This document shows positions 30,392 through 40,884 of a stretch of 64,000 bases of DNA, piece by piece (position 1 is the first letter of the stretch; every line of letters begins with the position of its first letter). The notes beneath the pieces were generated by a model that did no database searches, was not told the DNA's origin, and was given only the letters and a program-made list of their open reading frames with translations. Source of the stretch: Desulfotomaculum sp. (lineage in GTDB: Bacteria > Bacillota > Desulfotomaculia > Desulfotomaculales > Nap2-2B); assembly GCA_003513005.1 (NCBI GenBank), contig DOTD01000017.1, positions 758 to 64,757 of the forward strand, given 5' to 3'. The translations under genes were made by a program, and so were the position numbers.

Positions 30392-30518
30392 GCTTATATT
30401 TTTTACCTTCCTGTTTACCAAACCAAACAAAAAATATGATATAAAATATAGAAAGATAAAAAAACAATAGGAACTATGATTAAAAAGATATAATTAAGAA
30501 AAGGAAGAGGATACTGGA

Positions 30519-32279
30519 ATGGTTTATGACGTAATGAAAATGGCAGATTGGGAGATTGCCCTGGAAGCTGAAAAGAATTTACCGACAGCTTCCGAGTGGC
30601 AGGAACGTTTAGGACTTAAAAAAGATGAAATTATCACTTACGGCCGCATCTGCAAACTTGATTCAATGAAAATCATTAACCGCCTTGGCCGCAAACCCTG
30701 TGGCAAGTACATACAAATTACCGCTATTAATCCCACCCCGCTTGGGGAAGGCAAAACGACAACTTGCATGGGCCTTTTAGAAGGACTGGGAAAAAGAGGC
30801 AAGCTGGCGGGAGGCTGCGTCCGGCAGCCGTCCGGCGGACCTACCATGAATATCAAAGGAACTGCAGCCGGGGGAGGGAATTCCCTTCTTATTCCCATGA
30901 CAGAATTTTCGATGGGGCTTACAGGCGATATTAACGATCTGATGAACGCCCACAACCTGGCCATGGTAGCGCTAAACGCCCGCATGCAGCATGAAAGAAA
31001 CTACAATGACTACGAACTTGCCTTGCGGAACCTGAAAAGGCTCAGCATTGATCCGACAAGGGTAGAAATGGGATGGGCTGTTGATTTCTGCGCCCAGGGC
31101 CTGCGTAATATAGTCATGGGTATCGGCGGCAGAATGGACGGATATATGATGGCTTCAAAATTTGGCATGGCGGTAAATTCCGAATTAATGGCCATCCTTG
31201 CCGTTGTCAATGATTTAAAGGACCTGCGTGAAAGGCTTGGCAAGATAATAGTAGCCTATGACAAAAACGGCGCCCCTGTCACTACGGAGGATCTTGAAGT
31301 AGCCGGCGCAATGTGCGCATGGATGAGGAATACAATTAACCCGAACCTCCTTTGTACTGTTGAATACCAGCCCTGCCTGGTTCATGCAGGACCGTCCGCA
31401 AATATTGCCCTTGGCCAGTCTTCAATCATCGCAGACCGGATTGGCTTAAAAATGTTTGACTACCATGTAACGGAGAGCGGTTTTGGCGCAGATATAGGTT
31501 TTGAGAAGTTCTGGAACGTAAAGTGCAGGCACAGCGGCCTTATCCCCAACGTATCGGTTATTACGGTCAGTGTCAGAGCTTTAAAAATGCATGGCGGCGG
31601 GCCGAAGGTGATCCCCGGCCGGCCTCTTCCCGCTGAGTATAAGGAAGAAGATTTGCAACTTCTGGAAAAAGGTATACCGAATCTGTTGCACCATATAGAG
31701 ATTGTAAAGAAGTCAGGGGTTAATCCTGTAGTCTGTATAAATGCATTTGAAACAGATACAAAAGAAGAAATTAGGCTGGTGCGCCGTTTTGCCGAGCAAG
31801 CCGGGGTCCGGTGCGCCTTTTCGGAGCATTGGCTGAAAGGCGGCGACGGGGCTCTGGAGTTGGCCGACGCGGTAATAGACGCCTGCAACGAAGAGGTCAA
31901 CTTTAAATACCTCTATCCTCTTTCAATGCCGCTGCGTAAAAGAGTTGAAGTAATCGCCAAAGAGGTGTACGGCGCTGACGGAGTAAGTTGGGTGCCGGAA
32001 GCGGAAGTCAAAGCGAAGCGATTTGAAGCCGATCCCGGGATGAAGGATTATTCTACGGTTATGGTCAAATCCCACTTGAGCCTCTCCCACGATCCTGACC
32101 TTAAGGGAGTCCCTAAAAACTGGATGCTTCCTGTACGGGACGTAATGGTATTCGCCGGGGCAGGCATCTTCTGCCCGATAACAGGCGCAATCAGCCTCAT
32201 GCCGGGTACTGGTTCCGATCCCGCGTTCAGGAGAATAGATGTTGATGTAAATACCGGTAAAGTGACAGGCCTGTTTTAA
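30519..32279 (+). CDS. fhs: Formate--tetrahydrofolate ligase
   Basis: [37 protein letters not shown] and [10 protein letters not shown] motifs. Confidence 0.95.
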   Translation: MVYDVMKMADWEIALEAEKNLPTASEWQERLGLKKDEIITYGRICKLDSMKIINRLGRKPCGKYIQITAINPTPLGEGKTTTCMGLLEGLGKRGKLAGGCVRQPSGGPTMNIKGTAAGGGNSLLIPMTEFSMGLTGDINDLMNAHNLAMVALNARMQHERNYNDYELALRNLKRLSIDPTRVEMGWAVDFCAQGLRNIVMGIGGRMDGYMMASKFGMAVNSELMAILAVVNDLKDLRERLGKIIVAYDKNGAPVTTEDLEVAGAMCAWMRNTINPNLLCTVEYQPCLVHAGPSANIALGQSSIIADRIGLKMFDYHVTESGFGADIGFEKFWNVKCRHSGLIPNVSVITVSVRALKMHGGGPKVIPGRPLPAEYKEEDLQLLEKGIPNLLHHIEIVKKSGVNPVVCINAFETDTKEEIRLVRRFAEQAGVRCAFSEHWLKGGDGALELADAVIDACNEEVNFKYLYPLSMPLRKRVEVIAKEVYGADGVSWVPEAEVKAKRFEADPGMKDYSTVMVKSHLSLSHDPDLKGVPKNWMLPVRDVMVFAGAGIFCPITGAISLMPGTGSDPAFRRIDVDVNTGKVTGLF

Positions 32280-32309
32280 AAAATGAATGGCTTTCTTGGA
32301 GGTATTCTT

Positions 32310-33041
32310 ATGTACCCTCAGACGCATGTTTTCTTTGCGCATAAACTCTTTGGATTTTTGTCTGATGCTTTAGTTCTGGGAAGTATCTTTCCTGATATTG
32401 CAGCAGGTTTATATAACGACAGGAATGAATCACATGGAAGAGGAGTTGACATGCTTCTTTTTCTTCAAGAAATAGGGGAATTGAATGAGTTTGTCATGGG
32501 TGTAATTACACACGGTATAGATCCAAAAGGACTCGATTATTATGGAGATGAAAGATTTCTTTCTTATGAACGCGGTTACTGTTTTGAAAAAGGACGCTTG
32601 ATAGTTGACGAGACTATCGAAGCATGTAATTTACCGGCATCAATGGGCTGGTGGAAGTCACATAATATCATTGAAATGGGTATAGAACTGTATATCAACA
32701 ACAGTTTTTGCAGCACGGCGCTTGAATCCGCTTTCGCAAATGAGGTTATGGTTTTAGAAGTAAGCAAATATATGTCCCGTTTTTATGCCACAGAGCCAAA
32801 CAAGTTTCAAAACCGCATCCAAAATTTCTTTAATTATATAGAAATCTCGAAAATCAGCGCCGAATCTTTGGCTGCCCGCTATGACATGCAAATGTACACA
32901 CGTCACAGAATCCATATTGATGTACCAAGAGTAACCGGATTGATTTTTAAGGCCGTTGAGTTAATTGCAGATGATTTTAACGATTTTTTTAATCTTGCTC
33001 TTGACAATGTGAGGAAGAGCTTATCGGAACTGCAGGCTTAA
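32310..33041 (+). CDS. Conserved hypothetical protein, possible zinc-dependent phospholipase C-like fold
   Basis: N-terminal THxxFA, GSIFPD, THG..D and HN..E residues; SD-supported ATG at 32310. Confidence 0.55.
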   Translation: MYPQTHVFFAHKLFGFLSDALVLGSIFPDIAAGLYNDRNESHGRGVDMLLFLQEIGELNEFVMGVITHGIDPKGLDYYGDERFLSYERGYCFEKGRLIVDETIEACNLPASMGWWKSHNIIEMGIELYINNSFCSTALESAFANEVMVLEVSKYMSRFYATEPNKFQNRIQNFFNYIEISKISAESLAARYDMQMYTRHRIHIDVPRVTGLIFKAVELIADDFNDFFNLALDNVRKSLSELQA

Positions 33042-33053
33042 GCGCCTGAATTT

Positions 33054-33734
33054 TTAACGCGGCAGGCTATTTGAATGCCTTGGGGCAAACAGTTTGATCA
33101 ATACAGCGCCTGCGAGAAAGCCTCCGACATGGGCTATCCACGCCACGGGGTTGGCGACTCCGCCTAACGAAACGGCGCCGTTAACCAACTGCAGGATGAA
33201 CCAGAAGGCAAGAAAAAAAACTGCAGGAATCTCAACCAGGAAAAAGATAAAAAAAGGCGCCAGAGAAAGAATTCGCGCACTTGGGAACAGAAGGAAATAT
33301 CCGCCCAAAACACCGGCAATTGCGCCGCTTGCGCCAACTATAGGAACAGGTGAACCGGCGTTCGCCAAAACGTGGGCAAGACTCCCGATAACACCTGTGA
33401 TCAGGTAAAAAAGCAGGTAACGCGAGTGTCCGAGAAGATCTTCTACGTTATCACCAAATATGAATAAGTACCACATATTACCAATGATATGCAGCCAACC
33501 GCCATGTAAAAACATAGCTGTGATAAAGGGAATAATTACGAGATGCCAGGATGCTCCTGTTTGCAGAAGGTGAACAACCCTTATAGGAACAACCCCATAC
33601 CGAAAGTAAAGTTCTTCCAGTCCGTTCTGGGACAAACCTAGATAGCCGAAAAAAACTATAAAATTAATAATAATCAGCAGCCAGTTTACGTATGGTTTGT
33701 GCCGTGCCCTGAGGCTGTCGCGTAAAGGTATCAA
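33054..33734 (-). CDS. Rhomboid family intramembrane serine protease
   Basis: FLHGGWLH..GNM, GASGAIAG and AHVGGF motifs. Confidence 0.93.
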   Translation of the reverse strand: MIPLRDSLRARHKPYVNWLLIIINFIVFFGYLGLSQNGLEELYFRYGVVPIRVVHLLQTGASWHLVIIPFITAMFLHGGWLHIIGNMWYLFIFGDNVEDLLGHSRYLLFYLITGVIGSLAHVLANAGSPVPIVGASGAIAGVLGGYFLLFPSARILSLAPFFIFFLVEIPAVFFLAFWFILQLVNGAVSLGGVANPVAWIAHVGGFLAGAVLIKLFAPRHSNSLPR

Positions 33735-33822
33735 TTTGGCGCCTCCTTGTTAAACTGCCCCAATTACTAATATTCCCTTGTTTTGCTTTAAGTGATGCAA
33801 TAAAAAAAATTATTTATTTTAG

Positions 33823-34692
33823 CTAAGGGATTACTTTGTTCAAGGGGTATTCAATGATATCATGAGCGCCGATTTTCTTTAATGCCGGCGCCAATTCACG
33901 GACCTTTTTTTCATTCAGGACGACTTCTATCGCCACCCAGTCGCTGTTAACCAACTTGGAAACAGTCGGATGCCTCATAGATGGCAAAACCTTTAGGACT
34001 TCATCAAGCTTTTCTCCCGGAACGTTCATTTTTAGTCCTACTTTATCATCAGCTCTTAAGGCGCCTTCCAGTAAAACCGCAAGATTCTGAAGCTTTTCCT
34101 TTTTCCAGGGATCATCCCAGGCCATCCTGCTGGCATGCAGGCGAGGGGTCGATTGAAGAATCGTTGCAATTATACGAAGGTTATTTGCTTGAAGAGAACT
34201 GCCCGTTTCCGTTATATCAGCTATTGCGTCAACCAATTCAGGCACTTTTACTTCTGTAGCTCCGTACGAAAATTCTATTGTCGCCTGCACATTATGATCG
34301 GACAGGAAACGCCTGGTCACCTGTACCAATTCGGTGGCGATACGTTTACCCTGTAAGTCTTTTATTTCTTTTATTTCACTGTCTTTGGCCACAGCAAGCG
34401 CCAAACGGATTGGATTAGGTGTGTTTTTTGAGTAAACCAGTTCAGCTACTTCAATTACATCAGCGCTGTTCTCCATTATCCAGTCATAGCCGCTTAGGCC
34501 GGCGTCCAAAACACCATCGCTTACATAACGGGGGATCTCCTGGGCGCGCATAAGCATTATTTCAAGTTCCGGATCATCTATGACAGGGTAGTATGAACGG
34601 TCGGGAAGCTTGATGTTGAATCCCGCTCTCTTGAATAGAATAAAAGTAGCTTCCTGGAGGCTGCCTTTAGGCAGACCCAGGCGCAGTATCAT
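33823..34692 (-). CDS. hisG: ATP phosphoribosyltransferase, long form
   Basis: LGLPKGSL, RAQEIP, GATE and DITETGSSL motifs plus the C-terminal regulatory domain. Confidence 0.93.
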   Translation of the reverse strand: MILRLGLPKGSLQEATFILFKRAGFNIKLPDRSYYPVIDDPELEIMLMRAQEIPRYVSDGVLDAGLSGYDWIMENSADVIEVAELVYSKNTPNPIRLALAVAKDSEIKEIKDLQGKRIATELVQVTRRFLSDHNVQATIEFSYGATEVKVPELVDAIADITETGSSLQANNLRIIATILQSTPRLHASRMAWDDPWKKEKLQNLAVLLEGALRADDKVGLKMNVPGEKLDEVLKVLPSMRHPTVSKLVNSDWVAIEVVLNEKKVRELAPALKKIGAHDIIEYPLNKVIP

Positions 34693-34725
34693 AATCTATG
34701 ATCCTCCTTTTTAAAGTATCTGTTT

Positions 34726-35175
34726 CTATTCATAAATCCAGGGTTCAATACTCCTTGTGTAATCGATTAATTCTTCTGTCTTAAAAAAGTTGCCGATTTC
34801 CCTATCGGCGCTGGCCAGTGAATCTGAGCCATGGATAATATTTCTGCCCATATCCATACCGTAAATTGCCCTGATTGTTCCCTGTTCAGCCTTTAAAGGA
34901 TCCGTGGACCCCATCATGGCGCGTACAGTGCTTACTGCGTTTTTGCCTTCAAGTACCATGGCGATAACAGGACCGCAGGTTATATATTTGACCAGGTTTT
35001 CAAAAAAAGGCTTGCCGATGTGTTCTCCGTAATGTCTTTTTGCCAGGTCCTCGGAAATAACAAGCATTTTCATGGCAACCATTTTCAAACCTTTATTTTC
35101 TAGTCTGGCGATTATTTCTCCCGCCACTCCTCGTTGTAATCCTTCGGGTTTAATCATTACGAAAGTTTTCTCCAT
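34726..35175 (-). CDS. ndk: Nucleoside diphosphate kinase
   Basis: [13 protein letters not shown] and NIIHGSDS motifs. Confidence 0.95.
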   Translation of the reverse strand: MEKTFVMIKPEGLQRGVAGEIIARLENKGLKMVAMKMLVISEDLAKRHYGEHIGKPFFENLVKYITCGPVIAMVLEGKNAVSTVRAMMGSTDPLKAEQGTIRAIYGMDMGRNIIHGSDSLASADREIGNFFKTEELIDYTRSIEPWIYE

Positions 35176-35358
35176 TGGTTTAACCGGAAAAATCCGGCAA
35201 TAATCACCTCCAATAAAATTAAAGAACATTAACGCATCAATAATAACATATAAAAGTTAATCTAGCATAATAAAACCAGCTTTTTTGTTAAGTTGGAAAT
35301 AGAAAAATAATGTATAATAAAGATGGTCAATTGTATAAATAAGAAAGGGAAGGTAAAA

Positions 35359-35964
35359 TTGCTCACGACCAAGGAAGCAATCGAACAAAGACGCAGCATC
35401 AGAAAGTTCAAGCCCGATCCTGTTCCTCGGGAACAGATTGACGCGTTGTTGGATTCAGCCAGACTGGCGCCCTCGGCCTGTAATGCTCAACCCTGGCGTT
35501 TCAAGATTGTTAAGGATGAAAAGACGCGGCTGAAATTGTCGCAGGCTGCTTTTAACCAGGCATTTATTGCCGGCGCACCTGTTGTATTTGTCTGTTGCGT
35601 GGACATAAACGGTTATCTGGACGGAAGTGTTTCCGGAACACAGGACCTTGGGAGGATCAAAGCGGTAGATGAAAATGTAGTCGAGGTCGTCCTGGATCGT
35701 ATTAACAACGTAAGCAAAATGAACTTCGAAGAAATTGGAGTTAGAATTGCCCTGAACACTGCCATAGCAATAGAGCATATTGTGTTAAGGGCTTTGGATT
35801 TTGGACTTGGTACCTGCTGGGTAAGGCTATTTGAAGAAAGGAATATAAAAAGTATTTTCGGCTGGGGAAATAATATATCCGTGGTAGCCCTTCTTCCAAC
35901 CGGTTATCCCGCAGAATTTCCTCCCCCGCGGAACAGGTTGTCTCTTGGGACGGTTATAATCTAA
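35359..35964 (+). CDS. Nitroreductase family protein
   Basis: RRSIRKF, APSACNAQPW and GLGTCW motifs; SD before TTG at 35359. Confidence 0.9.
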   Translation: MLTTKEAIEQRRSIRKFKPDPVPREQIDALLDSARLAPSACNAQPWRFKIVKDEKTRLKLSQAAFNQAFIAGAPVVFVCCVDINGYLDGSVSGTQDLGRIKAVDENVVEVVLDRINNVSKMNFEEIGVRIALNTAIAIEHIVLRALDFGLGTCWVRLFEERNIKSIFGWGNNISVVALLPTGYPAEFPPPRNRLSLGTVII

Positions 35965-36011
35965 AGGTTGATTGAAGGCAACTTGTACGGCATAAGAAAA
36001 TACACAGGTAT

Positions 36012-36455
36012 TTATTTTATAACGGTTACAGGACACTGGCACATATGCAAAACTTTATAGCAAACTCCGCCAAGCCAGAATTTTGAACCTTCATCCTCTT
36101 CATATCCGTGGAATCCTATAACTACAAGGTCAAAACCGCCTTCCACCGCAAACTTGCTTATTGCGGCAGCCGCATCGCCGCGGCTGATAGCCTTTTCAAT
36201 AATTGAGCCTTTATGACCTGTGATCTTGTCAATTTTTTTAAATACCTCATTTGCTCTTGACTCAATTTCCTTGTCCAGTTCCTTTTGTTGAAACCCCGAA
36301 AAAGCTCCGGGCTCAGGAAAAAGATCGTAACATGACGGGCCAATATAAAGTGCAGTTACATGCACATGTGAACTGAGTTTCTTTAACTGTAGAGCATGGC
36401 TGACCGCTCTTAAGGAACTTTCGGAACCGTCTACTGCCACAACAATCCGCTTCAT
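36012..36455 (-). CDS. Universal stress protein
   Basis: IVVAVDGSESS, DLVVIG and G.V...VL....CPVTVIK motifs. Confidence 0.9.
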   Translation of the reverse strand: MKRIVVAVDGSESSLRAVSHALQLKKLSSHVHVTALYIGPSCYDLFPEPGAFSGFQQKELDKEIESRANEVFKKIDKITGHKGSIIEKAISRGDAAAAISKFAVEGGFDLVVIGFHGYEEDEGSKFWLGGVCYKVLHMCQCPVTVIK

Positions 36456-36483
36456 TTGTTCGAACCTCCTTATTAACCCGTGG

Positions 36484-37272
36484 TTACCTGATCATTAACT
36501 TGCGCATTAAAAAAAATGGGACAGGCAGCAGGATAAGTACCGCTGCCGCCATCCAGATAAAATCCCAAACCAAACTAATACCCACCCTGCCGAGGATCAT
36601 TCCGCGGGTTAGATTGACAAGGTGGTATAGCGGGCTAATCCAGACAATTTTTTGAACTATTACGCTCATTCCTGTCAGTGGAAAAAAAACGCCGGAAAAA
36701 AGAAACAACGGAGTCATAACCAGTGAGAAATAATAGTTAAAGCTTTCGATGTTAGGTACAAGCCCTGTCCAAATAATCGACAAAATAGCGAATAAGGCGC
36801 CCCCGGCAAACATCACACATGGAATAAACAAAGCCCAGGGTGATTTAACAAGACCAAGGGCAAAGATAACCACCAGGATGACCAGACTGTATAAGATACT
36901 TTTAAAAACCCCGTAAAGGATTTCACCGGCAATTACGTCATCTATGCTTACCGGAGTTGCCACCATTGCCTGAAATGTCTTCTGGAATTCCATACGTATG
37001 AAAGTACCGTATGTACACTCATAGGCGGTGGCAAAAACCGCGGAAGAAGCAACTAACCCCGGGGCCAGGTAGTTAAGGTAAGGAACACCCTCAATTGGTT
37101 GAACATATGCGCCCAGTCCAATTCCCAAAGCAGTAAGGTAAAGAAGAGGTTCAAAGAAATTAAAAGAAACATTTACTTTCCAGCTCCGGCTGAAAACAAT
37201 CAAATGCCTGCGAAAAATCTTCCAGACCAGAGGTGAAATATCTATTCGTAATAATCTTTTTAACGTTTCCAC
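36484..37272 (-). CDS. ABC-2 type permease (NodJ-like)
   Basis: FEPLLYL, YLAPGL, GEIL and PLFLFSGVFFP motifs. Confidence 0.88.
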   Translation of the reverse strand: METLKRLLRIDISPLVWKIFRRHLIVFSRSWKVNVSFNFFEPLLYLTALGIGLGAYVQPIEGVPYLNYLAPGLVASSAVFATAYECTYGTFIRMEFQKTFQAMVATPVSIDDVIAGEILYGVFKSILYSLVILVVIFALGLVKSPWALFIPCVMFAGGALFAILSIIWTGLVPNIESFNYYFSLVMTPLFLFSGVFFPLTGMSVIVQKIVWISPLYHLVNLTRGMILGRVGISLVWDFIWMAAAVLILLPVPFFLMRKLMIR

Positions 37273-37273
37273 G

Positions 37274-38050
37274 TTAATCCTGTAGTTTTCTGCCGGTCAG
37301 TTTGAGAAAAACATCTTCTAATGTAGCCGGCTGTTCTTTTTTCTCTTGAACAATTTGGCCTGAAGTTTCAGCAGTATAGTCGGCTACTAATTTTTTAGGG
37401 GTTCCCTCTACCAATATTTCCCCCAAATTCATAATTACCAGACGGTCGCAAAGCTGACTGGCTTCCTCCATGTAATGGGTTGTTAGGATCAGGGTCACGC
37501 CCTGCTCTTTCAGAAGGCGCAAGCGCTGCCAGACTAGATGGCGGGCCTGCGGATCAAGACCTGTTGTCGGTTCGTCAAGAATTAAGAGGTTTGGTTTGTT
37601 GATCAGCGCACGTGCTATCGTCAGGCGTCTTTTCATGCCGCCGGAAAGGGATTCTACTACTTCCCCCGCTTTTTCTTCCAAGCCGAAAAAATCAAGCAGT
37701 TCTTCTGCCCTTTCCCTGGCCAGACGATCGTTAATTCCAAAATAACTTGCATAGACCAGTAAATTCTGAAGCACTTTCAAGTCGGGATCCAGGTTATTAT
37801 CTTGAGGGACAACACCCAGAAAACGTTTTATATTTCTGATATCTGTCCTTACATCCATTCCAAAGACTGTCAGTTTTCCTAATGTTACCGGCGAGAAGCC
37901 ATAAATCATTTTAACCAGGGATGTTTTGCCGGCGCCGTTGGGCCCTAAGAATCCAAAACACTCTCTGTCCCTGATTGTAAAGTTTACTTCTCGCACTGCT
38001 GTAAATCCATTATATTGTTTAAGCAATTTTTCGGCAATTACAATATCCAA
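37274..38050 (-). CDS. ABC transporter ATP-binding protein (NodI-like)
   Basis: GPNGAGKTS, LSGGMKRR and DEPTTGLDPQAR motifs. Confidence 0.92.
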   Translation of the reverse strand: MDIVIAEKLLKQYNGFTAVREVNFTIRDRECFGFLGPNGAGKTSLVKMIYGFSPVTLGKLTVFGMDVRTDIRNIKRFLGVVPQDNNLDPDLKVLQNLLVYASYFGINDRLARERAEELLDFFGLEEKAGEVVESLSGGMKRRLTIARALINKPNLLILDEPTTGLDPQARHLVWQRLRLLKEQGVTLILTTHYMEEASQLCDRLVIMNLGEILVEGTPKKLVADYTAETSGQIVQEKKEQPATLEDVFLKLTGRKLQD

Positions 38051-38083
38051 AAATTCTCCACCAGATTTCCCCGTTGCTCCTGG

Positions 38084-39280
38084 TTAAATCTTAGCTTTCA
38101 GACCTTTGACAGCCTGTTCCAAACCGTCCACTGTCAGCTCAAACATGGGGAAAACTCTCCTGATCAAGCTTATCGACTCGGAGCCATAAAATGCTTGCCA
38201 GTATTTACCTGGGATAGGATTTAACCAGACTGAAAATTTGAAGTAAGAAAACAACCTTTGCAGCCAGGTAATGCCCGGTTCCTCGTTGTACTCCTCCCAA
38301 CTGATAATGCCGCCGGGCATCATCAACTCACCGGGCGACATACTTGCGTCCCCGACTATGATTAACCGGTAATCACGGCCGAGGTTATTTAAAACCTCTG
38401 TTGTAGAAAGAGAGTTTTTCTTCATACAGTAAGGATCAAGGTATAGGCGGTCATAAACACAATTATGAAAAAAGTAATATCTGGTGTCCTTGAAATGATT
38501 GATTTTGCTTGCGGCGTTAAAAAGCTGGCTGCACAACCTGGAATAAGGGTGCATGGAACCGCCGGCGTCCATCAGCAGGACAAGTTTAATAATGTTTTTT
38601 CTTGGCCTTTCCCAGACCAGTTCCAGGTTTCCTGCCTTTTTACAGGTAGCGTCAATGGTGCCTTCCAGGTCAAGTTCTTCCTTTGGCCCTTCTTCGTTGT
38701 AGCTCAGTTCGCGCAGCTTGCGCAGGGCTACTTCAAACTGGCGTGTAGTAAGGGTATCATCTGTGCGAAAATCACGGTAGCGCCTCTGGGCTGCAACTTT
38801 TACCGCGGAGTGATTTACTGATTCCCCCCCGATTCGTATACCGGCCGGGTTGTATCCCGAATGTCCAAAAGGAGAAGTGCCTCCGGTTCCAATCCAGCGC
38901 CCTCCTCCATGATGTTGTTCCGTCTGCTGGTTCAACCGTTCTTCAAGCGCTTTGCGCAGTTCTTCCAAATCCCACGGGCTGAAAGGCTTACGCTCGTTCT
39001 GATCAATTTGCTTTGGCGGCAGCGATTTTTCAAGCCATTTCATAACCCTTTCAGCAAGTTCCGGTGAGGTTTCAATATCCTGAAAAAAACGGTAGAAAGC
39101 AAGGTCAAAACGGTCAAAATACGTTTCGCTTTTAACCAGCAGCGAACGCGCCAGGTAATAGAAACCGTTCAGGCTGGCGCCGGACAATCCTTTGTGTAAG
39201 GCTTCCATCAAAGTCATCCATTCGGTCAGGGAAACAGGGACTCCTTCTTCACGCAGGGTATAAAAAAGTCCGGTAAACAT
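38084..39280 (-). CDS. VWA-domain protein (CoxE-like)
   Basis: GGRWIGTGGTSPFGH, MIDAS-like DAGGSM, VGDASM and WLNP motifs; start set at ATG 39280. Confidence 0.85.
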   Translation of the reverse strand: MFTGLFYTLREEGVPVSLTEWMTLMEALHKGLSGASLNGFYYLARSLLVKSETYFDRFDLAFYRFFQDIETSPELAERVMKWLEKSLPPKQIDQNERKPFSPWDLEELRKALEERLNQQTEQHHGGGRWIGTGGTSPFGHSGYNPAGIRIGGESVNHSAVKVAAQRRYRDFRTDDTLTTRQFEVALRKLRELSYNEEGPKEELDLEGTIDATCKKAGNLELVWERPRKNIIKLVLLMDAGGSMHPYSRLCSQLFNAASKINHFKDTRYYFFHNCVYDRLYLDPYCMKKNSLSTTEVLNNLGRDYRLIIVGDASMSPGELMMPGGIISWEEYNEEPGITWLQRLFSYFKFSVWLNPIPGKYWQAFYGSESISLIRRVFPMFELTVDGLEQAVKGLKAKI

Positions 39281-39290
39281 AATCTGTACC

Positions 39291-40157
39291 TCAATAACCG
39301 CGGCGGTTGCTGGTTGAAGACGTTTTCTTTTGAACGCCTCCCGCCTGCAGGCGTCGGAGGACAACTTCAAAATCCTGATTCTTCTTTAACAGGACACCTA
39401 AAAAGGGCAGGTCGGAACAGATTCGATTGTAACTTATCCCGCCTACCACAAGAGCCTGAACCCAGTCTAAGAGTTCGCTGGTGCTGGGTTTTTTCTGAAG
39501 GCCATTTATACCTCTAATCCAGTAAAAAGCGTTTAATGCTTCATCAAGCAGCGTTTTTTCCATATCGGGGTAATGCACCTTGATTATTTTCAGCATCATA
39601 TCTTCATTAGGAAAATCAATGTAATGAAAAACACAGCGCCTAAGAAATGCGTCAGGCAGTTCTTTTTCGGCGTTGCTGGTGATTACTACAATTGGCCTGT
39701 GTTTGGCGGTGATAGTCTCTTTGGTTTCCGGAATATAGAAATTCATAATATCAAGTTCCCATAAAAGGTCATTGGGGAACTCGAGGTCTGCCTTGTCAAT
39801 TTCATCAATCAGAAGCACGACGCGTTTATCTACATTAAAAGACTCACCCAGCTTGCCAAGTTTAATATACTGTTTTATTTCTGAAACGTCATGGTCGCCA
39901 AATTGACCGTCATACAATCGCTGGACTGTGTCATAAACGTAGAGTCCTTCCTGGGCTTTGGTGGTTGATTTAATATTCCAGATAATAAAATCAAGAGCCA
40001 AAGACTCGGCGATAGCCTTAGCCAGCATGGTCTTGCCGGTTCCCGGCTCACCTTTAATCAAAAGCGGTCTTCCCAGGGCAACAGCAATGTTTACAGTATT
40101 GCGCAGGTCGGTTGAGACCAGGTAACTTCCGGTACTGTCAAAAGCGGGTCTATCCAC
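39291..40157 (-). CDS. MoxR-family AAA+ ATPase (CoxD-like)
   Basis: GEPGTGKT, LLIDEIDKAD, TSNAEKELPDAFLRRC and PSTSEL motifs. Confidence 0.9.
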   Translation of the reverse strand: MDRPAFDSTGSYLVSTDLRNTVNIAVALGRPLLIKGEPGTGKTMLAKAIAESLALDFIIWNIKSTTKAQEGLYVYDTVQRLYDGQFGDHDVSEIKQYIKLGKLGESFNVDKRVVLLIDEIDKADLEFPNDLLWELDIMNFYIPETKETITAKHRPIVVITSNAEKELPDAFLRRCVFHYIDFPNEDMMLKIIKVHYPDMEKTLLDEALNAFYWIRGINGLQKKPSTSELLDWVQALVVGGISYNRICSDLPFLGVLLKKNQDFEVVLRRLQAGGVQKKTSSTSNRRGY

Positions 40158-40261
40158 AAAAAATCCCCCTTGATGTTCTTAATCAATCTTGCTCTGGAAC
40201 ATTATAGCACCTTTATAATTCTCCAACAAGACTGTCCAAGCTATCAGTTTTTAATCATTTT

Positions 40262-40762
40262 TTATCCTGGGAATTTGATAACTTCCATTGCTGCTCTGAG
40301 TTTTTTGTATGTTGTGTCAAGCGCTTCAGAGATAACCCTGACATCTCCTACAACACTCATGAAGTTCGTGTCGCCGTTCCAGCGCGGCACAATGTGGACG
40401 TGAATATGACCTGGTATGCCTGCTCCGGCTACTTTTCCCAAATTGGCTCCTATATTAAAGCCGTCGGGTTTAAAGACTTCTTTCAACAGCCCGGCCATAT
40501 ATTTTGTTACTTTGCCTATTTGGAGAAATTCATTCTCTGTTAATCCGGCAATGTCTCCCACATGTTTTACAGGAGCGACCATAATGTGTCCGTTGCTGTA
40601 TGGGTATAGGTTCAGCAAGGTAAACACCTGATCGCTTCTTAATAACAGGTAGTTCTTTTCATCATGTGAGTGGTCGGACTGTATCTTTTCGCAAAAAATG
40701 CAGCCTTCATTTTGTTTGCCGCCTACATAGACAGTCCTCCACGGCGCCCAGATACGTTCCAC
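40262..40762 (-). CDS. HIT-family hydrolase (Ap4A hydrolase/phosphorylase-like)
   Basis: IWAPWR, CIFC, NLYPY and HIHVHIVPRW motifs; SD plus GTG at 40762. Confidence 0.9.
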   Translation of the reverse strand: MERIWAPWRTVYVGGKQNEGCIFCEKIQSDHSHDEKNYLLLRSDQVFTLLNLYPYSNGHIMVAPVKHVGDIAGLTENEFLQIGKVTKYMAGLLKEVFKPDGFNIGANLGKVAGAGIPGHIHVHIVPRWNGDTNFMSVVGDVRVISEALDTTYKKLRAAMEVIKFPG

Positions 40763-40822
40763 AAATATTACTCCTCTCACAACATGTATTAAACGTGTAT
40801 TATCAGAACATATATTATACAT

Positions 40823-40847
40823 AAAAAATACCGGCTTTCCAACCGGC
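40823..40847 (-). terminator. Terminator after the GGDEF/HD-GYP gene
   Basis: GCCGGTTGGAAAGCCGGT hairpin followed by a T-rich tail. Confidence 0.6.
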
Positions 40848-40884
40848 CGTAAAAATGTTCCAGAAAAGCGCTCCGCGCAATTTT

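Noticed and set aside
40798-40825. dif-like sequence (AGAACATATATTAT resembles the B. subtilis dif core)
   Set aside because: Only about 6/11 matches in each arm, including the normally well-conserved XerD arm, and gene orientation does not switch here.
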